From an uncultured bacterium (GTDB taxonomy: Bacteria; Verrucomicrobiota; Kiritimatiellia; RFP12; UBA1067), in contig CADCAK010000004.1 of the NCBI GenBank assembly GCA_902799385.1, positions 7,448 to 71,447 on the forward strand: a stretch of 64,000 bases of DNA, written 5' to 3'. Below, in pieces: positions 40,492-49,653 of the stretch. The notes beneath the pieces were generated by a model. That model was not told where the DNA came from. It made no database searches and worked only from the letters and a program-made list of their open reading frames with translations. Each line of letters opens with the position of its first letter. The stretch's first letter is position 1. A program made the translations under genes and the position numbers.

Positions 40492-43400
40492 GCGACATCG
40501 TAATAAGGAACGCAAGGGTCCACAACCTGCGCGGGATCGACGTGACGATTCCACGCGATTCGCTGACGGTCGTGACTGGGCTATCGGGCTCCGGCAAGTC
40601 GTCGCTTGCGTTCGACACGCTGTACGCCGAGGGGCAGCGCCGCTACGTCGAGTCGCTTTCGGCCTATGCGCGGCAGTTCCTCGACAGGATGCAGAAGCCC
40701 GATGTCGAGAAGATCGAGGGGCTTTCGCCCGCGATATCAATAGAGCAGCGCACCACGAGCGGCAACCCGCGCTCTATTGTGGCGACCGTCACCGAGATAC
40801 ACGACTACCTTCGAATCCTCTACGGGGCCATTGCGGTTCCACACTGCCCGAAGTGCGGCAGGCCGGTCACGCGCCAGTCGGCCGAGCAGATCGTGGAGGC
40901 GATTCTTGCCGCAGCTTCGCCTGTGGCGGGTGCTTTCGCGGCTTCGCACCCCTCTAGCGACCGCTTGCGCGGCTCGCTTCGCTCGGGGGATACGCTAGTG
41001 CCTTCGCGCGGCAAAGCCGCGCTGGTGCAGAGTGCGGGTAAGCATCAGGCTCCAAGCACCAGGTCGGCGGAGCCGACCGCAGGCACCAGCGCCATAGGCG
41101 CGCAGGCCCTAGTCGAAGGCGCAAGCACCCGCATCATCATCTACGCGCCTTTGGTGAAAGGCAAGAAGGGCCGCCACGAAGAGCCGCTTGCGCTGGCGAA
41201 GCGCAACGGCTTCGCCCGCGTGCGCATCGACGGAACGGTCTATCCCGTGGACGAGCTTCCCGAACTTGACAGGAAGAAGGCCCACGACATCGACGTCGTG
41301 ATCGACCGCCTCGTCGTCCCCGCCGAGCCCGACACCGCGTTCAGGACGCGCCTCACCGACTCGGTTGAGCTCGCGCTCAGGACCGGCGGGGGGATAATGG
41401 AAGTGGAGTCGCCGGGCGAGAGCCGCGCGACGTGCGGCGCGACGACATATTCCGAGCTCAACGCCTGCGTCGGATGCGGCATTTCCTTCGAAGAGCTTAA
41501 GCCCCGCTCGTTTTCGTTCAACTCGCCGTTCGGCGCATGTCCCAGGTGCGCGGGGCTCGGGCAGCTCTACTACTTCGACGAAGACCTCGTCGTGCCAGAC
41601 AAGTCGCTTCCGCTCGAGGAGGCGATACATCCTTGGCGGCGCATGGGGCAGATGAACATCCTCTACCACAGGGAGCTACTTGCGCACATCGCGAAGCAGT
41701 ACAAGGTGAAGCTCTCTACGCCCTACGAGAAGCTACCGGCGAAGTTCCGCCACGGGCTCATGCACGGCTTCAAGGACGACCTCGTCCTTCCGTGGCGGCG
41801 CGTGGACCGTCCGTTCGAGGGAGTCCTTGCGTCGCTTCAGCGCCGCTTGGACGAGGCGGAGGACGACGAGATGCGCGCGAAGTTCGAGGCGTACCAGAGT
41901 TTCCGTACCTGTCCCGACTGCGACGGTTCGCGCCTGAGGCCCGAGTCGCGCGCGGCGACCGTCGCGGGGAAGTCTATCGTCGAGGTCATGGCGATGCCCG
42001 TCACCGAGGCATTGGAGTTTTTCAAGGAGTTTGCGGTAGGGGCGTCGCGGCCATCCGCAAAGCTTGCCGGGCTCAAGGACGTAATAGCCGAGATCGTGCG
42101 GCGGCTCCAGTTCCTTCTTGACGTCGGGCTCGACTACTTGACGCTCGACCGCGCAGCGTCCACTCTTTCCGGCGGCGAGATGCAGCGAATCCGCCTCGCT
42201 ACGCAGATCGGCTCTGGGCTCACTGGCGTCCTCTACGTCCTCGACGAGCCGACGATCGGCCTGCACCCGCGCGACAACGAACGGCTCATCTCCACGCTGA
42301 AGGGGCTTCGCGACAGGGGCAACACCGTCGTCGTCGTCGAGCATGACGAAGAGATGATGAGAAACGCCGACTACATCGTCGACCTCGGCCCCGGCGCGGG
42401 ACGCGAGGGCGGCAAGGTAATGTACCAGGGCGACTTCGGGGGGCTGCTCAAGTCGAAGTCGCTGACGGCAGATTATCTGACGGGGAGAAAGAGGATGGTG
42501 CCTTCGCCTTCGGCGGGTGCTTCCGCGGCTTCGCATCCCTCTAGCGACCGCTTGCGCGGCTCGCTTCGCTCGGGGGATATGCTAGTGCCTTCGCGCGAAA
42601 AAGCCGCGCTGGTGCAGGGTGCGGATAAGCACCAGGCACCAAGCACCAAGCACCAGCGAAGCGCAAGCACCAGGTTGGCGGAGCCGACCGCAGGCACCCA
42701 TTACCTAACCATCTCCGGCTGTACCGAGCACAACCTCAAGAATGTCACGGTGCGCTTCCCCGTCGGCGCGTTCACGGTCGTGACAGGCGTGTCGGGTTCG
42801 GGCAAGTCCACGCTCGTCGACGAGACGCTCAAGCGGGCACTTTTCCAGAAGTTCTACCGCACGAAGGACGCCCCCGGCAAGTTCAGGAAGCTCGCCGGCT
42901 GGGAGAACTTCGACAAGATCGTCGAGATCGACCAGTCGCCCATCGGCCGCACGCCGCGCTCTAACCCGGCGACGTACGTCGGCTTCTTTTCCGAGATACG
43001 CGAGCTTTTCGCGAAGACCGAGTCGGCGCGCGCGCGCGGCTACACGGCGGGGCGCTTCTCCTTCAACGTGAAGGGCGGGCGCTGCGAGACGTGCGGTGGC
43101 GACGGATTGCAGAAACTCGAGATGAGCTTTCTTCCCGACGTCTATGTCACGTGTGAGCAGTGCGGCGGCAAGCGCTTCAACGCCGAGACTCTCGAAGTCA
43201 CCTACGGCGGCAGGAACATCGCCGATGTCCTCGAGATGACCGTTGCCGAGGCGTGCGAGTTCTTCGCGAAGGTGCCGTCGCTCGCCCGCAGGCTCAAGAC
43301 GCTTGCCGATGTCGGGCTCGGCTACATCGCGCTCGGCCAGTCGGCGACGACACTCTCCGGCGGCGAGGCGCAGCGCATCAAGCTCGCCACCGAGCTTTCC

Positions 43401-43676
43401 CGCCGCTCGACGGGGCGCACACTCTATCTCCTCGACGAGCCGACGACGGGGCTGCACTTCGACGACGTCTCGAAGCTAATGAAGATACTCCTGGGGCTGC
43501 GCGATCAGGGGAACACGATCATCGTCATCGAGCACAACGTGGACGTGATCCGCAGCGCCGACTGGGTGGTGGACCTGGGTCCGGGCGGCGGCGACGCCGG
43601 CGGCACGCTCGTCTGCGAGGGGCCGGTCGACGCCGTCAGGGCGTGCAAGGCGTCTTTTACCGGTCGCTTCCTCTGA
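40488..43676 (+). CDS. uvrA: Excinuclease ABC subunit A with two in-frame repeat insertions
   Basis: Motifs [19 protein letters not shown], zinc fingers, [19 protein letters not shown] and LDEPTTGLH. Start taken at ATG 40488. Confidence 0.97.
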   Translation: MSDIVIRNARVHNLRGIDVTIPRDSLTVVTGLSGSGKSSLAFDTLYAEGQRRYVESLSAYARQFLDRMQKPDVEKIEGLSPAISIEQRTTSGNPRSIVATVTEIHDYLRILYGAIAVPHCPKCGRPVTRQSAEQIVEAILAAASPVAGAFAASHPSSDRLRGSLRSGDTLVPSRGKAALVQSAGKHQAPSTRSAEPTAGTSAIGAQALVEGASTRIIIYAPLVKGKKGRHEEPLALAKRNGFARVRIDGTVYPVDELPELDRKKAHDIDVVIDRLVVPAEPDTAFRTRLTDSVELALRTGGGIMEVESPGESRATCGATTYSELNACVGCGISFEELKPRSFSFNSPFGACPRCAGLGQLYYFDEDLVVPDKSLPLEEAIHPWRRMGQMNILYHRELLAHIAKQYKVKLSTPYEKLPAKFRHGLMHGFKDDLVLPWRRVDRPFEGVLASLQRRLDEAEDDEMRAKFEAYQSFRTCPDCDGSRLRPESRAATVAGKSIVEVMAMPVTEALEFFKEFAVGASRPSAKLAGLKDVIAEIVRRLQFLLDVGLDYLTLDRAASTLSGGEMQRIRLATQIGSGLTGVLYVLDEPTIGLHPRDNERLISTLKGLRDRGNTVVVVEHDEEMMRNADYIVDLGPGAGREGGKVMYQGDFGGLLKSKSLTADYLTGRKRMVPSPSAGASAASHPSSDRLRGSLRSGDMLVPSREKAALVQGADKHQAPSTKHQRSASTRLAEPTAGTHYLTISGCTEHNLKNVTVRFPVGAFTVVTGVSGSGKSTLVDETLKRALFQKFYRTKDAPGKFRKLAGWENFDKIVEIDQSPIGRTPRSNPATYVGFFSEIRELFAKTESARARGYTAGRFSFNVKGGRCETCGGDGLQKLEMSFLPDVYVTCEQCGGKRFNAETLEVTYGGRNIADVLEMTVAEACEFFAKVPSLARRLKTLADVGLGYIALGQSATTLSGGEAQRIKLATELSRRSTGRTLYLLDEPTTGLHFDDVSKLMKILLGLRDQGNTIIVIEHNVDVIRSADWVVDLGPGGGDAGGTLVCEGPVDAVRACKASFTGRFL
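40914..41129 (+). mobile_element. Intragenic coding palindromic element, copy 3 (in uvrA)
   Basis: Shared core translating [40 protein letters not shown]. The tail ends in AAGCACC. Confidence 0.85.
42497..42698 (+). mobile_element. Intragenic coding palindromic element, copy 4 (in the uvrA inter-NBD linker)
   Basis: Bounded by GGTGCCT...AGGCACC. Core translates [42 protein letters not shown]. Confidence 0.85.
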
Positions 43677-43695
43677 CATTTGCATGCAATAGTCT

Positions 43696-43724
43696 TTGAT
43701 TCCCGCGTTGAAAAATGGTATTAT
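43696..43724 (+). promoter_or_regulatory. Putative sigma70 promoter for the protease gene (and possibly recA)
   Basis: TTGATT (43696-701), 17 nt spacer, TATTAT (43719-24) with an extended TG. Confidence 0.55.
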
Positions 43725-43751
43725 ATCTCTCCACGATACAGGGAAGGGCTC

Positions 43752-46700
43752 ATGAAGGCAAATAAAATACTTTTGCTCTCATCGTTGGCGTTCGCGGTCA
43801 ATGCGTTCGCCGCGCCGGTTTCTGTCGACACGGCGCGGCTTGCCGCAGGCTCGTGGGCTCTCTCCGACGCCGCGCTCGGCGTACCGCACGGCTCGTCTGC
43901 CGGCGAAGCGGTCGCGTACGGCGTGGACGGCACGAACGGCTTTTACGCCGTGTCCCTCGAAGGCGGCGGCACGCTGTTCCTCGCGGCGGACGACGAGATA
44001 GACCCGATCCTCGCCTTCACCGCATCCTCGTCGCCGAACCTTTCGGCCGGCAGCCCGCTCCTGAACCTTCTCGTCCGCGACGTCCGCGCGCGGCGCGGCA
44101 GGCTCGCGGCGGAGGCTGAAGACGAGGCCCAGCAGGCGTCGTCCGCGACGCCGTCCGGGCGGCGGCTCTCCGCGACGGCAGGTCCCGCGTCCGCCGCCCC
44201 AGCCGACGTACTGACGGCTTCCGCCGCGAGGGCGCGGAAGCTCTGGTCGGCGTTCGCCCCGTCGCAGGCGTCCGACGGCCGCGTCAGGCTTGGCGCGACG
44301 GCGACCCCGCGTTCCACGCTTGCAAGCTACGAAATCCGCGTTGCGCCAATCCTCACGACGCAGTGGAGTCAGACGGACGCTGGCGGCAAGATATGCTACA
44401 ACTACTACACGCCCTACAACTATCCGTGCGGGTGCGTCGCCACCGCCGCAGGGCAGATCCTCAACAGGTGGAAGTACCCGACCGGGGATCTTGAGCAGTT
44501 CTCCAACGCCTGCACGGTCAACGGCGGGACCATGACCCTCACCTCCACCGGTTCGCCGCGCGTCTACGACTGGGACGCCATGGTTGACACTCCGTCTGGG
44601 GCGACGAGCGAGGCGAGCCGCGCGGCGATAGGCGCGCTCCTTTCCGACCTCGGCATCTCGTTTGGCGCGGGCTATACGTACGAGGGCACGAGCGCCTACG
44701 AGTTCAACGTGCCCGAGCCGCTTCACTCCAAGTTCAACTACGCGAGCGCATACACCTACACGGTCAACGGCACCGGCAGCAAGAAGTCGGCTCTCCATAC
44801 CGCCCCCGTTCGCCAGAGGGCCATCCTCGCCAACCTCGACGCCAAGCGTCCCGTCGAGCTCTACATCCTGTCCGATGCCGTCGGCGGGCACGCCGTCGTG
44901 GCGGACGGCTACGGGTTCGTGACGATCGGCGGCGAAGACGTCGAGTTCACCCACATCAACATGGGCTGGGCGGGGACGGACGACATGTGGTACAACCTTC
45001 CCGTCATAGTCACGCAGGAATCCGGCTCGACTGCCGGCCAGACCGGCGGCTATTCGTTCGACTACCTCATGGGCGTGACGTTCAACATCCATCCGACGGA
45101 GACGGGTGACATCCTGTCGGGGCGCGTCACCGACGACGGCGACCCCGTTGAGGGCGCGACGGTCACGGTGTACGCGTCCGGCGGGTTTGTGGAGCCGCTG
45201 GCGACGACGACGACGGACGAGTACGGCATCTACAGCTTCACGCTTGAGGGCGGCGTCACGTACAACGTCATGGCGGTATCGGCGGACGGCAAGAAGAGCG
45301 GCACGCTGGAGGACGCATTGCTCCTGAAGACTACCGTTTCCGACACCACGACCTACACGACGCACAGCGACTCCGACATCGGCAACTCGTGGGGCAACGA
45401 CATTGACATCGTCGTGCCCCACGTAAGGATCGTCGGCGGTAACGTCTACCCGAACCTGAACTCGGCCCTTGCGGACGCGGCGACAATGGACGATCCCATC
45501 GTCGAGATATTCGGCCCCACCCGCCTCAAGCAGCCCGTCACGATAACGACGAACATCACCATCCGGACCGTTCCCGACTTCAGCGCGGACTTCGAGGACG
45601 TCCTTCCCACGCTTGACGAATGCGAGGTGTTCGTTCCCGATACGGCGGTCACGTCCGACGGCTGGGCGCTGCAGATCGCCGACGCCTCCCGCGTGGCGTT
45701 CTCCAACATCGTGGTCCGCGTCGCGTCGGGGCGCAGGCCGCATCTCGACGTCATTGCCGCCGGCAAGGCCGCGTTTTCCGGCCGCATCGACATCGGCAGG
45801 GTCGTGACGCGCACCGGCGATGCCATCGTGCTGGCCGGCACGCTGGAGTCCACTGGCGCCGGCCTGCTCGTCGCCTGCGACTGCGGCGGCGGAATTGGCA
45901 GCCCGTTCGGCATCTACGAGTGCGCGGACGATGTCGCCGGCGCGTATGCCGGGCTCATAGGCAATGCGCTCGACGGCACCCTTTCAGGGCAGGTCGGCCC
46001 CGACGGTCTCCTCGTGTGGGACGACATTCCAATCGACCCTTCCGTCGCCGTGGCCAAGGCGACCGACCCCCTCGGCGCGACGAGGTACTACCGCTCGATG
46101 GATCTTCTCTTCGCGGACTGCGCTAGCGGCGCGGACGTCGTGGTGCTGCGGGACTGCCCGTTTGAGATGTTCACCAACACGGTCACGATCGCTAGGGACG
46201 TGTCCATCGCGGGCGAGGGCACGGTTGCCCCGGTCGTGTCGATGTCCATGGGCGCGTCGTTCTCCGTAAAGGACGGGGCGCGGCTCGCCCTCGAGAACGT
46301 CGCGCTCACGCGCGACACCGACGGGAGCGTCAGGTCTTCCAAGAAAAGCCTGATTGCCGTTGTGGGCGGCGGGAGCCTCGAGCTCGGCCCGGGCGCGACG
46401 ATATACGGTCTCCAGCTTTCCGGAACCGCTAGCGCGGTCGCCGTCTCGTCCGGCACCGTCGCGATGCGCGAGGGCTCCTCCATCTCGAACTGCGTCGCGA
46501 CGAGCAGCGCTACGCAGTGCGGCGCCGCGATTTCGCTCCAGTCCGCCGAAAGCTCGCTCGAAATGACAGGCGGCCTTGTGAGCGGCTGCATCGCCGGGAA
46601 GGAGGCCGGCGGGATATCAGCCGGCTCGAAGGCGTCGATATGCTTGTCCGGCACGGCGTCGGTCTGCGGCAACAAGCTTTATACAGACAGGAACAAGGAA

Positions 46701-48206
46701 GGCGCCTATCGGGATGTCTACTGCAACAACAACAACCAGCTGTCGGTGACGGGCCGCCTCGAGGGCAAGGTCGGCGTGTACTGCTATGCCGGGCACAAGG
46801 TCGGCAATCCGTTCGCCGTTGCGGGCGAATCGCTTTCCAACGCGGACGCCGAGTCTTCTGTCGCGGCTTTCTTCAACAATGCAGGCACGGCGACGTCCCC
46901 GGCGCTCTCCGGCGACAGGAGGTCGTTCATGTGGGTCGCGACACCGGTGGGGCAGGTCCCCGAAACGGACGCGGACGTCAGCGTCGAGGTTGACGGCGTC
47001 ATTGGCCACTACGCGAAGATAGAGGACGCGTTCGCGGTCGCCACGAACGGTACGGCGACGATTACGCTGCATAGGGACATCTCGCTCACCAACAGCCTCG
47101 CGGCCAAGACCGACATCGTATTCGACGGCTGCGGGCACACCGTGCTGCGCGAGGGCGACTTCACGATAGCCGTGACGAACGTCTCACTCTCGCTTGCGAA
47201 CGTAGTGCTAGACGGCGGCACGGGAACCGTCAGGTTCGTCGACGTCGCCTCGACGGACGCTAGCAGGACGGCGTCCCTGACGCTCGATTCCGGAGCCGTC
47301 GTGAGGGACGTCTATGGCGAAGACCAGTCGATGGTGGCGGCGATAGTCGTGTGGCACGGAACCTTCACGATCCTTCCCGGCGCGGAGATTGTGCGCTGCG
47401 GGAATCTCTACGACCGCTATGACGGCGGCCCCCTCGCGGCAGGTGCGGTCGTGGTTGACGGCGAAAGGGGCGTCGCGCGGCTCTACGGCGGCACCATTCA
47501 CCAATGCGCCGGCTCCGGCGCAGGCGGCGTGTACGTTGGCAACGGGGCGTCTGCATTCGTCATGGATGGCGTGTCGGTACGCGACAACGAGTCACTTTTC
47601 GGCGAGCCATGCAACCTTGTCGTGCAGGACCTGAGCAGCCTCGTGCTTGAGGGCGAGTTCACGGGGGCCATCGGCTATACCGAGGGCGTCGCTGGCGACA
47701 CGAGCGTCTTCGGGACGGTCGATGCCGACGTCTTCGCGTCCACCTCGGCGAGCAACCTCGCCGCAAGCGCGCGCCGCTTCCGCCATGACGTGACGGAGGC
47801 GAAGGGCCTGGTCGCCACCAACGCGACGGAGGCGCTGCTCGTCTGGAGTTCCGCCGTCGGCGCCTCTACCGCGTTCACCAACGTCGTGGAAGGCGTGACG
47901 AACGTTTACGGCGTGGTGAGGATCGCCGGCGACGAGCCCGAGACCGTGGTGTGCGAGCCGTTTGCGTTTGCCTCGATAGAGGAGGTCTCGCCGGGCAGGT
48001 GGAGGCTCGTGCTCAAGCCTGGCACGAGGCATTGCACATATACGCTCAAGCGCTCCGATGACCTCGAACACTGGTCGAACGTCGGCAAGCCGAAGACGCT
48101 TGGGGCCGGGGACATCTCAGGCGCGGAACTCGAGTTCTTCTTCGAGGTGGACGACGCGGCCGCCGGGAGGTTCTGGAAGGTGGAAGGCTTCGACGGGACA
48201 AAATGA
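43752..48206 (+). CDS. Secreted C10 family (streptopain/SpeB-like) cysteine protease with a long C-terminal beta-rich passenger
   Basis: Signal peptide and propeptide. Catalytic motifs TQWSQ, GCVATAAGQI, GGHAVVADGY and HINMGW. Followed by a carboxypeptidase-regulatory-like domain and beta-helix-like repeats. Confidence 0.88.
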   Translation: MKANKILLLSSLAFAVNAFAAPVSVDTARLAAGSWALSDAALGVPHGSSAGEAVAYGVDGTNGFYAVSLEGGGTLFLAADDEIDPILAFTASSSPNLSAGSPLLNLLVRDVRARRGRLAAEAEDEAQQASSATPSGRRLSATAGPASAAPADVLTASAARARKLWSAFAPSQASDGRVRLGATATPRSTLASYEIRVAPILTTQWSQTDAGGKICYNYYTPYNYPCGCVATAAGQILNRWKYPTGDLEQFSNACTVNGGTMTLTSTGSPRVYDWDAMVDTPSGATSEASRAAIGALLSDLGISFGAGYTYEGTSAYEFNVPEPLHSKFNYASAYTYTVNGTGSKKSALHTAPVRQRAILANLDAKRPVELYILSDAVGGHAVVADGYGFVTIGGEDVEFTHINMGWAGTDDMWYNLPVIVTQESGSTAGQTGGYSFDYLMGVTFNIHPTETGDILSGRVTDDGDPVEGATVTVYASGGFVEPLATTTTDEYGIYSFTLEGGVTYNVMAVSADGKKSGTLEDALLLKTTVSDTTTYTTHSDSDIGNSWGNDIDIVVPHVRIVGGNVYPNLNSALADAATMDDPIVEIFGPTRLKQPVTITTNITIRTVPDFSADFEDVLPTLDECEVFVPDTAVTSDGWALQIADASRVAFSNIVVRVASGRRPHLDVIAAGKAAFSGRIDIGRVVTRTGDAIVLAGTLESTGAGLLVACDCGGGIGSPFGIYECADDVAGAYAGLIGNALDGTLSGQVGPDGLLVWDDIPIDPSVAVAKATDPLGATRYYRSMDLLFADCASGADVVVLRDCPFEMFTNTVTIARDVSIAGEGTVAPVVSMSMGASFSVKDGARLALENVALTRDTDGSVRSSKKSLIAVVGGGSLELGPGATIYGLQLSGTASAVAVSSGTVAMREGSSISNCVATSSATQCGAAISLQSAESSLEMTGGLVSGCIAGKEAGGISAGSKASICLSGTASVCGNKLYTDRNKEGAYRDVYCNNNNQLSVTGRLEGKVGVYCYAGHKVGNPFAVAGESLSNADAESSVAAFFNNAGTATSPALSGDRRSFMWVATPVGQVPETDADVSVEVDGVIGHYAKIEDAFAVATNGTATITLHRDISLTNSLAAKTDIVFDGCGHTVLREGDFTIAVTNVSLSLANVVLDGGTGTVRFVDVASTDASRTASLTLDSGAVVRDVYGEDQSMVAAIVVWHGTFTILPGAEIVRCGNLYDRYDGGPLAAGAVVVDGERGVARLYGGTIHQCAGSGAGGVYVGNGASAFVMDGVSVRDNESLFGEPCNLVVQDLSSLVLEGEFTGAIGYTEGVAGDTSVFGTVDADVFASTSASNLAASARRFRHDVTEAKGLVATNATEALLVWSSAVGASTAFTNVVEGVTNVYGVVRIAGDEPETVVCEPFAFASIEEVSPGRWRLVLKPGTRHCTYTLKRSDDLEHWSNVGKPKTLGAGDISGAELEFFFEVDDAAAGRFWKVEGFDGTK

Positions 48207-48242
48207 CTGCACCCGCGCCGCGGGGCGAAGGAACTTCAGACT

Positions 48243-49274
48243 ATGGCAACTAAAGATACAACAAAGAAGGCCATCGGCAATACCGCGCTCGACGCGGTGA
48301 TGAGCCAGATACGCAAGGAGTTCGGCGAGATGTCGATCATGCGCCTCGGCGACCAGGAGGTAGCCGACATACCGGTGATCTCCACCGGCGCGCTTTCGCT
48401 CGACATGGCGCTCGGTGTAGGCGGGCTTCCGCGCGGCAGGATAGTCGAATGCTACGGCCAGGAGTCGTCCGGCAAGACGACGCTCGCGCTGCATGTCGTC
48501 GCGAACGCCCAGAAGGCGGGCGGAGTCGCGGCGTTCATCGACGCCGAGCACGCTCTCGACCCCGGCTACGCGAAGAAGATAGGCGTCGATCTCGACAACC
48601 TCGTGGTCTCCCAGCCGAACAGCGGCGAGGAGGCACTGACAATCTGCGAGCAGCTTGCGAAGTCGGGTGCGCTCGACGTCATCGTGGTCGACTCCGTCGC
48701 AGCGCTCGTGCCGCAGGCCGAGATCGACGGCAACATGGGCGACAGCCACATGGGCCTGCAGGCGCGCCTCATGTCGCAGGCGATGCGCAAGCTCACGGCG
48801 GTCGTCGCGCAGACGAAGACGCTCATCATCTTCACGAACCAGGTGCGCGAGAAGATCGGCGTCATGTTCGGCAACCCCGAGACGACGCCGGGCGGCAAGG
48901 CGCTCAAGTTCTACGCGAGTTGCCGGCTTCAGGTCCAGAGGATAGGCGCGATAAAGAACCCCGCCGGACAGGTCGTCGGTAACAGGACGCGCGTGAAGGT
49001 CGTCAAGAACAAGGTCGCCCCGCCTTTCACGGAGGCCGAGTTCGACATCCTCTACACGTGCGGGATTTCCTACGAGGGGTCGGTCCTCGACGCGGCGCTT
49101 GCGCGCGGCGTCGTCGAGAAGCGCGGCAGCTGGCTTAGCTTCGGCGACGCGCAACTCGCGCAGGGGGCGCTTGCGACGATCGAGTACCTTAAGGCCAATC
49201 CAGACGTGACGGCGAAGATTGTCGAGCTCGTCAAGTCCACGCCGGTCAACCCGGCGCTGGGTAAAAGAAAGTAG
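48243..49274 (+). CDS. recA: Recombinase A
   Basis: Motifs [39 protein letters not shown] and ETTPGG.ALKFY. Confidence 0.98.
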   Translation: MATKDTTKKAIGNTALDAVMSQIRKEFGEMSIMRLGDQEVADIPVISTGALSLDMALGVGGLPRGRIVECYGQESSGKTTLALHVVANAQKAGGVAAFIDAEHALDPGYAKKIGVDLDNLVVSQPNSGEEALTICEQLAKSGALDVIVVDSVAALVPQAEIDGNMGDSHMGLQARLMSQAMRKLTAVVAQTKTLIIFTNQVREKIGVMFGNPETTPGGKALKFYASCRLQVQRIGAIKNPAGQVVGNRTRVKVVKNKVAPPFTEAEFDILYTCGISYEGSVLDAALARGVVEKRGSWLSFGDAQLAQGALATIEYLKANPDVTAKIVELVKSTPVNPALGKRK

Positions 49275-49338
49275 ATTTTTGCGAGTCCCGGAGCGAGTGA
49301 GCGAAGCGGAACGAACGAAGGGACGAGCCTCGACTAAA

Positions 49339-49432
<94 letters not shown>

Positions 49433-49532
49433 GACGAGTCCCGGTGGCATATGAATCCCCCGTCGCGCTCCGGGCGCCGTGCATGCCCGTTGCATGTAGC
49501 GTGCGCAGGGTATGTGCAGTTTTCGCGGGGAA

Positions 49533-49626
49533 TGGCGGAGAGAGAGGGATTCGAACCCTCGGTACGGAAATTAACCCGTACGACGATTTAGCAAACCGTT
49601 GCCTTCAGCCACTCGGCCATCTCTCC
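49533..49626 (-). tRNA. tRNA-Ser(GCT)
   Basis: Reverse complement reads GGAGAGATGGCCGAGTGG...ACGGT-TTGCTAA-ATCGT, long variable arm, GGTTCGAATCCCTCTCTCTCCGCCA. Confidence 0.95.
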
Positions 49627-49653
49627 AAATCGAATCGTATGTTGCGTATTGTA

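Noticed and set aside
42030-42061. Small hairpin TTTGCGG..CCGCAAA containing GTAGGGGCG in a uvrA loop (REP-like)
   Set aside because: A single occurrence with a 7-bp stem in high-GC DNA cannot be distinguished from chance.
23837-42698. Inteins or group I/II introns as an explanation for the in-frame inserts
   Set aside because: The inserts are too short, have no intein terminal residues or conserved blocks, and show no GUGYG/AY group II ends or domain V.
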